Shown here one piece after another: positions 1 to 8,079 of a stretch of 57,080 bases of DNA (the first letter of the stretch is position 1; the number at the start of each line of letters is the position of its first letter). Location of the stretch: contig CAZLVF010000002.1 in NCBI GenBank assembly GCA_964562925.1, positions 29,181-86,260 on the forward strand, in the 5' to 3' direction. The notes below the pieces were generated by a model. That model was given only the letters and a program-made list of their open reading frames with translations, made no database searches and was not told the DNA's origin. Made by a program: the position numbers and the translations under genes. Origin of the DNA: an uncultured Candidatus Bathyarchaeia archaeon (GTDB lineage Archaea; Thermoproteota; Bathyarchaeia; 40CM-2-53-6; CAVXDP01).

Positions 1-365
1 AAGATGTAGTATTCGAGTGAACCGTGCAAGACCGAGTGACCCACTTCATGCCTTACGGTTCCTCTTAAGACAGACTCGTCTTGCCGGCTCAGCCTATCCA
101 TACTTAGGCTGATCCTCGGTAAACCGCGCCACGCTTCATGTATCGCAGAAAACTCGTTGCCAAGGTTTTCAGACACTTTGAAAAGTGTCTTTTCGCGCGA
201 AAAGAAACCTTGTAGAATTGAATAGTTTTCAAAGAAGAGCACATCGACCAATTCTACATTATGAGGTTGCAATCGTGCGTAGGCTTCGCTCATGATATCA
301 AGAATCGATTTAATCTCATCTCTGTTGACGTTGCCAAACTTCGAGACTATTATGCGTGTCATCAT
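1..365 (-). CDS. N-terminal part of a putative zinc metallopeptidase (HExxH motif 'VRHEVGHSVLHG'); the ORF runs off the 5' edge of the window
   Basis: Manual minus-strand translation from ATGATG at ~365-360 stays open to position 1 (MMTRIIVSKFGNVNRDEIKSILDIMSEAYARLQPH...TVRHEVGHSVLHGSLEYYI). An HExxH motif is present. It is absent from the ORF track because no stop lies inside the window. Confidence 0.3.
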   Translation of the reverse strand, partial: MMTRIIVSKFGNVNRDEIKSILDIMSEAYARLQPHNVELVDVLFFENYSILQGFFSREKTLFKVSENLGNEFSAIHEAWRGLPRISLSMDRLSRQDESVLRGTVRHEVGHSVLHGSLEYYI

Positions 366-568
366 CAAGTAGAGATCTTTACACCCTCGCCTCGAAATAA
401 GTATCAACCCCATCTCTCAGTATTTGTTTTGTGAAATCCTTGGACATAGCTCCCTTCGTGACTAGGGCCCAAGTGACCGATTTTTCATTTAGAAACTAGA
501 ACCGTCCAACGAAAGAGGCATGGCATAGCCTTATTCTGAAAGAAAGAGTTGAGGGCACACGATCGTGC

Positions 569-1174
569 CTATTCGATTTTGATCGTGTGTCCCTTGGCCT
601 TAGGCTTAACCTTTCTCAAACTGACTTCGAGAACGCCGTTGTTGTAGGTCGCCTTTGAGGATTCTGGCTCAACATCCGATGGTAGATCAATGACCTTGTG
701 ATACTTGCGGTTTGGTGTCTCAACGTTTATCGTGAGGCTATTCGTGGTTGCATCCATCTTGACGTCGGACTTGTCGACACCCGGCAGCTCTGCAACGACC
801 TTTACGATTTCTCCTTCATCTAATACGTCAACTAGGGGTTCACGTGCCTCGGCCGGTTCGAGTTTGGGAACGGGTATGCCGAAGGCTCCAGGTCGCTTTG
901 AAGGTCTAACGTTTCCGAATTCACGTATCACTGGTTTGCCGTCTGGGCCTACGCTCATCGAGTACCCGTAGACGAAGGGTCCCCACTGTCGCATGGTGCT
1001 TCCGTCGGGGAGTTTTCGTTCGGCCACGAACTCTTTGGGAAGGTTCTTGGTCATCTCTGAGAGCATTCTCTCGAACATGGCGTCGAAATCCTCAAAGAAG
1101 CTTGAGAAATATGGAAACTTTCGTCTTCTGCCCATGCCGAACCAAGAGGGGAAATCTTCATCCCACCATGACAT
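569..1174 (-). CDS. hsp20: Small heat-shock protein, Hsp20/alpha-crystallin family
   Basis: 201 aa. The C-terminal alpha-crystallin domain is recognisable (PLVDVLDEGEIVKVVAELPGV...NGVLEVSLRK). Confidence 0.85.
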   Translation of the reverse strand: MSWWDEDFPSWFGMGRRRKFPYFSSFFEDFDAMFERMLSEMTKNLPKEFVAERKLPDGSTMRQWGPFVYGYSMSVGPDGKPVIREFGNVRPSKRPGAFGIPVPKLEPAEAREPLVDVLDEGEIVKVVAELPGVDKSDVKMDATTNSLTINVETPNRKYHKVIDLPSDVEPESSKATYNNGVLEVSLRKVKPKAKGHTIKIE

Positions 1175-1190
1175 TTGTTCTTTTCACCTC

Positions 1191-1619
1191 CTATTCCGCC
1201 TCTAGCTCGTCCACAACCCGACGTATCGCCGCCATAGTTAAGAGACTTGCGAATCCCAGCTTGGACGCTGTATAATGTACCTCGCGGGGGTTCTTTTCAT
1301 ATCGGTTGATTAGACGAAGGTTTCTCAGCCTCTCCAGGTTCTCGTTCACTATCTTCTGGTTTACCTCAAGCTCGTCCATAAGTTCGCTAAATCGGACATC
1401 GATATTTCGAATGATGTTGTTCAACATGCGGATACGTGTCTCGCTTGACAGCATCTCATGGATCGCACATATTCTTCTCATTTCATGCTCTACAAGCTTC
1501 AGCTCCTTTTCTATCTGTTTCCTGTTCCAATTGTTCATCTCGAGTGGCAACTCGAAGACGACGCTGTCGTCCTTTAGGAGTTGTAGCTTGAGGGTCATGG
1601 ACGTGCACGTTGTTACCAA
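1191..1619 (-). CDS. Winged-helix (ArsR-like) transcriptional regulator immediately upstream of hsp20; candidate heat-shock regulator
   Basis: 142 aa with an HTH-like segment (IRMLNNIIRNIDVRFSELMDELEVNQKIVNENLERLRNLRLI). It is co-directional with the Hsp20 gene and separated from it by 17 nt. Confidence 0.45.
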   Translation of the reverse strand: MVTTCTSMTLKLQLLKDDSVVFELPLEMNNWNRKQIEKELKLVEHEMRRICAIHEMLSSETRIRMLNNIIRNIDVRFSELMDELEVNQKIVNENLERLRNLRLINRYEKNPREVHYTASKLGFASLLTMAAIRRVVDELEAE

Positions 1620-1994
1620 TTAGTAACAATTTGCTTAAAAACTTTGTTACCATTCGGTAACCAAGTTTCCGACGCCTCGTTTTCTCTGTTGTCAATTTTC
1701 CACAAAGGTCGCTTAACTTTCGATCTATCTTCAGGTGTCTACTTCTGCAGGTGTCAAAGTGAGTGTTCTTGCCTTGGAGATTATTTCACAGCCGCTAAAA
1801 TTTTTTGGGTCTTGGAAGACCCCCCTCCTCGACAGGAACGAAACATGCGCTCATTTAGAGTGTCGATAAAGACATCTGCAAACCTGAACCCTTCAGGTTT
1901 TGAGGTCACTTGAACCTGATATTTAACGAAGAAAGATCCAAGCAGCTAGTGGCGGTTTCGATTCGAACCTTTAAAGCAGATGTTTTCGGCGCTT

Positions 1995-3311
1995 CTATAT
2001 GACGAACTCTTCGGGTTCTACCTGTCGTGTCTCGATACCTAACCTCGCCACCTTGAAGTGTCTGCCTCCGTATAGGATCGCGATGTTCTCTTTTGCTTGA
2101 GCAGCTGATACAATTCTTCCTATTGCGTCCGCCTTCATAATTCCGCTGCCGCTGGTTCCAACCGCTACGATAAGGCCTGAGTCTTCGAAGACGTAGGGGT
2201 TGGCATCGATAGTATTCATGTCGTAGTGGCCAGCCCACTTGTTGAAAGGCTTGACGTTCTCGAAATATGGAAAGTAATGGGATACAACGGGATAGATGCT
2301 GTAGGTGTAGAAGTCGTCCTCGGCCGTCGGTTCCTCCTCGAAAGTGAAAGGTCTCCCAAGTTTGTCGGAAACTCCAACCCAGAAGCTCTCATCAACGCGA
2401 TTAGGTTTTAGGTAGATGGAGTTCGGCGGTATGAGTGTCAAAGGCAGAACCCCCTGCTCGTTGAAGCCCTTCGAGTAGAGAAGTGCAGATAGGTTTGAGC
2501 CTTTAACCGCAAACACTTGGCGCTTTTTGGTTCTAACATGAGAGTCCATGCCGATCGTGTTGAGTAGCTGCGTACTCCAACCACCAGTCGCGACGACAGT
2601 CTGCTCTGCTCGAATCTCTCCTCGATCAGTGAAAACTCCTTGTACTTTTGTGTCTTGCCAAACATGGGGTTCCTTTGGAACCCCTAGCTTCTGTTGCGGC
2701 TCTAGGATTATGGATACAACTCGCTCACCGTAGCGAGTCAGTCCCCCCATCCTACGGATTTCCTTCTCATAGAACTCGACGAGCTTCTCAGGCGCCATAG
2801 TTCCGCATTTCAGGCCTTGCAACCCCTCGACTATATTTGTGAGCCCCATGATCTTGGCCTCCTCGTCGCTCAGATCAAACCTCAGCTGCGCTCGTGTTAA
2901 CATCTCGGATAGCTCGTCAACCTCCCAGAGTCGTAGGGCTACGCCTTCCTTCCTCATGCGACTAATAGTAGGCTCGAATTGCTCATAGAGTCGAGTTGTG
3001 AGTAGCCAGAGGTAACCCACAAAATCCAAGCGTAGGTCAAACAGAAGGTCCTCTTGTACATGTGTGTAGAAGTCGATCGAGGTCTCAGAGAGAAGTCGGT
3101 TGACTTCTGATGTGAACGTGTTCCTTACTCCGCCAACGCTCTTCGCCGTGTCCCCCTGTCCAGCGGAAGGAGCTTTCTCAAGAATTGCGACACTGCAGGA
3201 AGGATCTTGAGAAAGTATATGATATGCACAAGCTAACCCTACAATCCCAGCGCCAACTATTACGACGTCAAACCTTCTCTTTTCAGAGCCACCAAGATCC
3301 GTTGATGTCAA
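1995..3311 (-). CDS. FAD-dependent oxidoreductase (DAO/sarcosine-oxidase-beta-like family)
   Basis: 438 aa. The N-terminal Rossmann dinucleotide motif DVVIVGAGIVGLACAY is present, and length and organisation fit the DAO family. Confidence 0.8.
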   Translation of the reverse strand: MTSTDLGGSEKRRFDVVIVGAGIVGLACAYHILSQDPSCSVAILEKAPSAGQGDTAKSVGGVRNTFTSEVNRLLSETSIDFYTHVQEDLLFDLRLDFVGYLWLLTTRLYEQFEPTISRMRKEGVALRLWEVDELSEMLTRAQLRFDLSDEEAKIMGLTNIVEGLQGLKCGTMAPEKLVEFYEKEIRRMGGLTRYGERVVSIILEPQQKLGVPKEPHVWQDTKVQGVFTDRGEIRAEQTVVATGGWSTQLLNTIGMDSHVRTKKRQVFAVKGSNLSALLYSKGFNEQGVLPLTLIPPNSIYLKPNRVDESFWVGVSDKLGRPFTFEEEPTAEDDFYTYSIYPVVSHYFPYFENVKPFNKWAGHYDMNTIDANPYVFEDSGLIVAVGTSGSGIMKADAIGRIVSAAQAKENIAILYGGRHFKVARLGIETRQVEPEEFVI

Positions 3312-3335
3312 AATTACTTCCCAGATCTAGTCTCT

Positions 3336-4367
3336 TCAGAACTTGACAACTGTCCCTTTGCCCTGTTCCAAGGCCCTTCTATAGGCTAGTTGCGCAGTGG
3401 ACATGTCCTGAAGTGCAATTCCCACAGATTTGAAGAGCGTTATCTCTTGGTCTGATGTTCGACCCTTCTTCGTACCCAAGATAATATCGCCCAGTTCGGC
3501 CCAGATATGGTCTGACGAGATAGCGTTCTCGGCTATGGGAATAAGCAAGTCACCCGCTTCCTTCAGGGCCGCATCTCTAGAATCCACAACCACTTTGCTT
3601 CTTCGCACAGTAGTAGTATCGAGTTCTCGCGTGTCGAGGGTGTGGGAGCCGATTCCATTGATGTGCATACCTGGCTGTAGCCAGTCTCCACTGAATACAG
3701 GTGTTCGAGATGTCGACGCGCAGATGATGATGTCCGCGTCGCGAAGAGTCTCTTGAGGGCTTATGCCGACTTTGACATCTATCCCAAGCTTCTTTGACAT
3801 GCGCTCGCAATACTCACTCGCACGTTGTGTCACCGGATCAAATACCCTAGCGAGCTCTATCCTTCTGACCTTTGACACGGCCTCAAGCTGTTTCTCTGCC
3901 TGGGCCCCTGCACCAAATAGTGCGACGCACGTGGAGTTGCTCTTGGCCAGATATTTTGTGGCAATACCGCTGGCGGCGCCTGTTCTTATCGCGGTGAGGA
4001 ACGTGCCGTCCATAAGGGCCAAGCAATCTCCAGTCTCCGGATCGAACAGTTGCACGGTGGCGAGGATTGTTGGAAGTTTGTGTCTCTCTATGTTCTCCGG
4101 ATAGACCGTTACGACTTTTTGTCCCAGAGCATTGAGCTTTCCTCCGATATAGGCAGGCATAGTCAGCATCAAGCCCTTATACTGTTCTAACGCGATAGAG
4201 GCCCTGACTGGCATCTCAACATTTCCAAGCGCGAACTGCTTGAAAGCTTCCTCCACAACATCAATCGCATCCTTCATGGTCAATACGGACTGAACGTCGT
4301 CTCCGGATAGTATCAGCATACGACCTCTCATCCGATCCCTTGTACCCAGTTGAATATGTAGATTCAT
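3336..4367 (-). CDS. Ornithine cyclodeaminase / mu-crystallin family protein (archaeal alanine-dehydrogenase-like)
   Basis: 343 aa with OCD/mu-crystallin family architecture and an NAD-binding GAGAQA motif (ALFGAGAQAEKQLEA). It forms a likely operon with the FAD oxidoreductase directly downstream. Confidence 0.75.
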   Translation of the reverse strand: MNLHIQLGTRDRMRGRMLILSGDDVQSVLTMKDAIDVVEEAFKQFALGNVEMPVRASIALEQYKGLMLTMPAYIGGKLNALGQKVVTVYPENIERHKLPTILATVQLFDPETGDCLALMDGTFLTAIRTGAASGIATKYLAKSNSTCVALFGAGAQAEKQLEAVSKVRRIELARVFDPVTQRASEYCERMSKKLGIDVKVGISPQETLRDADIIICASTSRTPVFSGDWLQPGMHINGIGSHTLDTRELDTTTVRRSKVVVDSRDAALKEAGDLLIPIAENAISSDHIWAELGDIILGTKKGRTSDQEITLFKSVGIALQDMSTAQLAYRRALEQGKGTVVKF

Positions 4368-4621
4368 CTTTTGTTATGAAAGCAACCCATCGAAGATAAA
4401 ACGTGACCGCTTGCTCCTTGGCTGTGCTCAGCATGTAAACGCGGTACGATTTGAGACCTAGATGGGCAAGGATTATTATCTTCTTAGGCGCAGCGGCTCA
4501 GCAAAACCTGTGCCTCGATATCGAGATAAGTCCACGCGGAAATTTTGAAGACCAAAGCGAATCGAAAAAAGAGCAAAAACAAATGCAACTGAAGGCAGAC
4601 TAAGTCATCCGTCCCGAATGG

Positions 4622-4741
4622 CGCCGGGGGTGGGATTTGAACCCACGAGACCCAGAGGGTCATCGGCTGTTAGCCGAATGGTTAGCAAGCCGACGCCTTA
4701 CCGAGTTGCCCGATCCGGCGAGATCTCTAGGCAACCCCGGC
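4622..4741 (-). tRNA. tRNA-Ser(GCU) carrying two introns, one in the D-arm region and one at the canonical 37/38 position
   Basis: The reverse complement reads GCCGGGG-TT-GCCT[AGAGATCTCGCCGGATCGGGCA]ACTCGGTAAGGC-G-TCGGC-TTGCTA[ACCATTCGGCTAAC]A-GCCGA-TGACCCTCTGGGTCTC-GTGGGTTCAAATCCCAC-CCCCGGC-G-CCA. The acceptor stem is a perfect 7 bp and the T-arm is GTGGG/CCCAC. A long variable arm fits class II Ser, and the anticodon loop is TTGCTAA (GCU). Removing about 22 + 14 nt leaves an 85-86 nt mature tRNA. A CCA is encoded at 4619-4621. Confidence 0.7.
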
Positions 4742-5543
4742 AGCCAGAATATTCTTTTCGGGTGTGCCAATAAAAGATAACGCCTCCGAGAATCTTGGGG
4801 CTCATATCACGATATTCTTCAGTTTCAGGAGCGTTCGTTTGTCGAGAATGTCTAGAGCCGACGTAAGATGGTCTGGTTCTGAAGAAACATACTAGATAGG
4901 GCTAAAGATGTTCTTGAACATCGTACCGCAACGGGAATCTATCCCATCTAACCACATTTGGTACGAGTTGAAACTCATGATAGCCATAAGCCGCGTGTTT
5001 CAGGCTCAGCTGCTAGCAACCATTATCGTCTCTAGCTTAGTCGCCACGTCGTACGGTTAACCGATCTCGCAAAAGCTAGTTTTCGTTGAAGATATAGTGA
5101 GAGTTCATTCCATCTATGGAAGTGCCAGGCATTGAGCAACAGATGATCAATCCAGACTAAACATGTCCATAGTACTGGAGGGAAGGATCACTGAGATCAA
5201 CCACTCACGTGTAAGGATTCAGATCGTGGCTGGCACCATCAAGATCGATGAAGAAATCTTCACGATCAGGACCGGACATGTCTACGTGTTGTTTAAGAAA
5301 TTTGATGGTTGGTCGTTGTGGGAAACGCGACGGGTTCAGATGGTTCTATATTCCGCTTTCACCTTGAAGGCATGCTTCATGTAGAGGGGCCAAGGCATGT
5401 CGTTGCAGGCCTAGCAGGACCATTTACCAGCGGTGCTGACCACTATATGCTCAGATTCATCGCACAAGTCGAAAAGGTAACTTAATCTACCAGGTCAAAA
5501 GAGCCTTCCGTCAAGTCTGGATCTATCTCTGAATGAATAGACA

Positions 5544-5927
5544 CTAGTAGAATATTTGAAAGAACTGGTCCAAATAGAGTATGAACAGGAACAGGCTGGA
5601 ACCAACTATCAGCGGGATTAGACTTGACAGTACTTCACTTTTGATTCCCCATCTAGCGAGTATGAACTTCAGGTTGATGGTGAAGTGCATTGAAAATAGC
5701 ATCATAATAGGAATGTCTAGTTTCGTGTGCAGCACAAGTCCATAATATCTATGTATGAATCCCCTAGTCACCATATATCCGCTTATCATGAAGATTAGAA
5801 ATAATACGAGAAGTGCCCAGACTATTATTCTGTCGATCTTTTTCAATAATGTGTCCGAATTCAAACTACAACTCCAGAGAAACTCAGTTATTACCATTGC
5901 TACATGCTGTGCCGATCTTCGGTCCAT
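5544..5927 (-). CDS. Small polytopic membrane protein, possibly an MsrQ/YedZ-like partner of the adjacent Mo-oxidoreductase
   Basis: 127 aa with about 4 predicted TM helices and conserved His residues. It overlaps the 3' end of the MsrP-like gene on the same strand. Confidence 0.3.
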   Translation of the reverse strand: MDRRSAQHVAMVITEFLWSCSLNSDTLLKKIDRIIVWALLVLFLIFMISGYMVTRGFIHRYYGLVLHTKLDIPIMMLFSMHFTINLKFILARWGIKSEVLSSLIPLIVGSSLFLFILYLDQFFQIFY

Positions 5928-6607
5928 GGATCAGCAGTATTGCTGTAACCTCTTAGCTCCCAGTATCCAAGTTCCTGTTGCTCGGTGAACTTCACCTTTC
6001 TAACCCATTTGGCGCTCTTGTAAGCATATCTCTTGGGCACAACAAGTCTAAGTGGTCCTCCAAAGCAAGGCTCCAATATAGCTCCATCCAGTTCATATGC
6101 AAATATGACATCATCATCTAGGAGCTCCCTAAGAGGAAGAGATGTCGTGTAGCCGCCGTCGCATATTATTGTGGCGTACTCTGCGCTACCTCTTGGTTGA
6201 GCCATATGACCTACTGTTTTGAACTGTACTCCGCTCCACCTGTTGTCGAGTTTACTCCATCCCGTGACGCAGTGGAAGTCAGACATCGACTCGACTTTGG
6301 TCAAGGCCAGAAACTCATGCCAAGTTAGTTTGAACGGTCTATCGACAACGCCGAAAACTTCAAAGGTCCAAGACTGAGGATCGAATCTGGGAATATCGCC
6401 GACGTGCAAAACTCGGAGCTGTTTCACCTCATATTGCCCGGGTGGTATTCTTCCCAGCGCCGTCGTTGACTCTTCCACAGTTAACATCTCTTTCTTGAAC
6501 AGTTCCCCTCTGAATTTCAGGTAGGCTGAGGCCAAGCCTCCGATTGAAACCGCAATTCCCAACAAGTATCTTAGATATCTTCTTCTATTACTTTGCTTTC
6601 TTGTCAT
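5900..6607 (-). CDS. Molybdopterin-dependent oxidoreductase of the sulfite-oxidase fold (MsrP/YedY-like)
   Basis: 235 aa with an N-terminal TM/signal segment. The motifs FHCVTGWS, GGPLRLVVP and KSAKWV are typical of YedY/MsrP Moco domains. Confidence 0.75.
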   Translation of the reverse strand: MTRKQSNRRRYLRYLLGIAVSIGGLASAYLKFRGELFKKEMLTVEESTTALGRIPPGQYEVKQLRVLHVGDIPRFDPQSWTFEVFGVVDRPFKLTWHEFLALTKVESMSDFHCVTGWSKLDNRWSGVQFKTVGHMAQPRGSAEYATIICDGGYTTSLPLRELLDDDVIFAYELDGAILEPCFGGPLRLVVPKRYAYKSAKWVRKVKFTEQQELGYWELRGYSNTADPWTEDRHSM

Positions 6608-6890
6608 GGACAGACATCGTTAGCGAAGGGTTTCTCACTACTCTGCCCAGAAACCTGCTCATAACTATGCCGCACCATGTCAGAAGAGATTCTCGAACAT
6701 CGTCATATGGCTCACGTGGACGAATCGAGTTGTGAATGTGCGGATCCCTAACAAGGTTGTTGTGTTAGTTAATTTGATACTTGCAATCTTGAATCCGGAT
6801 AGCTAGAAGCGGTCAGAACATTACGGTAGCCGCTCATAGGATTGCGATGAGAACCTTGGGAGGCTGTGAGCTCTTATCAAGATGATATGG

Positions 6891-7003
6891 AGCCCCGGGC
6901 GGGGTTTGAACCCGCGACCTTCGGCTATTCGTTCAACTGACCTGTACCAAGCCGACGCCCATGACCAGGCTAGGCTGTCCCGCTTCTTAGAGAGTACCGG
7001 GGC
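6891..7003 (-). tRNA. tRNA-Thr(GGU) carrying two introns, one after position ~9 in the D-arm region and one at the canonical 37/38 position
   Basis: The reverse complement reads GCCCCGG-TA[CTCTCTAAGAAGCGGGACA]GCCTAGCCTGGTCATGGGC-G-TCGGC-TTGGTA[CAGGTCAGTTGAACGAAT]A-GCCGA-AGGTC-GCGGGTTCAAACCCCGC-CCGGGGC-T-CCA. The acceptor stem is a perfect 7 bp, the discriminator is U73 and the anticodon is GGU. The mature length is 76 nt after removing 19 + 18 nt. A CCA is encoded at 6888-6890. Confidence 0.7.
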
Positions 7004-7142
7004 CAACCGGAGCCGTTTGTTGGAGCTGGCTTCTGATTATAATAAGTTTCGGTGAAGCTCTTCAAACTGATAATCTTGGCATGACTATGTGGGAAGAGGA
7101 CGCAGTCTAATGTCTAGTCTCCAAGAATCTGTTTGATTATGT

Positions 7143-7152
7143 CTAAAAACAC
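7143..7152 (+). promoter_or_regulatory. Candidate archaeal TATA box (TCTAAAAACA) for the ubiquitin-like operon
   Basis: An A/T-rich octamer lies about 55-65 nt upstream of the ATG at 7207. A second TTAAAAATA lies at 7194-7202 but is too close to the ATG unless transcripts are leaderless or translation starts further downstream. Confidence 0.2.
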
Positions 7153-7206
7153 AGAATTCTTGTCCGGATCTGATGGGAAGTATTAGGAAAGGCTTAAAAA
7201 TACAGT

Positions 7207-8022
7207 ATGAGACATAACTATAATCGTTTAAAAGAAATCAGGGAGGAAAAAAGAAAATTGGTAAGAAAGTGTTCTACCTGCGGTGCAAACAACAGGGATG
7301 ATGCCAGCTTCTGCTCAGCGTGCGGTACATCACTCGTCGCTCCGCCTTCCGTCAAGCCGGTGCCCACCGTGAGAGTGGTTTCTCCGGTCACTCCCGTCGG
7401 CGCGCCTGTCAGGGTTCCGCCGCCAGGCATGTGCTTCTACCATCCGAACCTTCCAGCCATCTACGTTTGCAATAGATGCGGACGACCGATCTGCAGAGAC
7501 GATTCGAAAGCCTACCAGGATCTGGTTATGTGTCCGCAATGCTACCAGAGCGTGGTACCGATCGTAGCAGCCCCTGCATATTACCCAACAGCACCTGTCT
7601 ACCCGGCTCCACCCCCGATGCCCGAAGTCGGATTCGCTCCCCCTCCTGTAGGAGTTCCACCTGTAGCGGTATTCCCACCTGCAAGATCAACTTGGGGTTT
7701 CACCATATCTCTAATCGGAGGAATCCTAATCATAATCAACGCAGCCGCTCTGCTCTCCGCTAGCTTCTACGCCTTGTGGGCAGCCATCTTTCCATGGATA
7801 ACCTATTTTGGCCCGTTCCCGCCTTGGGTGCTCGTGGCGATCGGACTGATCCTCGGCATCATAGCCACGATAGGGAGCATTCTGATGATCCTGGGCTACG
7901 GAACGATTGGAGCCGTAGTAGTGTTCCCAGCGGCTGTGATCAGCCTAATCCTCGGTGGAGGCTTCATAGCCGGGTTCGTCCTAGGAGTCGTTGGCGGAAT
8001 CCTAGGAATGCTTGGAAGGTAA
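7207..8022 (+). CDS. Membrane-anchored zinc-finger protein and candidate RING/B-box-like E3 of the operon: N-terminal zinc ribbon plus a C-x2-H-x8-C-x2-C-x4-C-x12-C-x2-C module, a Pro-rich linker and about 4 C-terminal TM helices
   Basis: 271 aa. The zinc ribbon is CSTCGANNRDDASFCSACG and the second module is CFYHPNLPAIYVCNRCGRPICRDDSKAYQDLVMCPQC. The C-terminal 110 aa are Gly/Ile/Leu-rich hydrophobic helices. It is the first gene of the Ub/E2/E1 operon. Confidence 0.55.
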   Translation: MRHNYNRLKEIREEKRKLVRKCSTCGANNRDDASFCSACGTSLVAPPSVKPVPTVRVVSPVTPVGAPVRVPPPGMCFYHPNLPAIYVCNRCGRPICRDDSKAYQDLVMCPQCYQSVVPIVAAPAYYPTAPVYPAPPPMPEVGFAPPPVGVPPVAVFPPARSTWGFTISLIGGILIIINAAALLSASFYALWAAIFPWITYFGPFPPWVLVAIGLILGIIATIGSILMILGYGTIGAVVVFPAAVISLILGGGFIAGFVLGVVGGILGMLGR

Positions 8023-8079
8023 CGCATCCAACCTTCTCCCCCTTTTTCCCCACTTTCAGGGACGCAAGGGCGGCATAAA

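Noticed and set aside
705-1205. Plus-strand ORFs 705..971 and 993..1205 and many similar antisense ORFs in the track (for example 19883..20389 and 19923..20150 inside tuf, 23623..24388 inside the S2P gene, 30203..30990 inside the ADH gene, and 44065..44784 inside dnaG)
   Set aside because: They lie antisense to strongly supported conserved genes. They have low-complexity Ser/Pro/Arg-rich compositions typical of shadow ORFs and no motifs.
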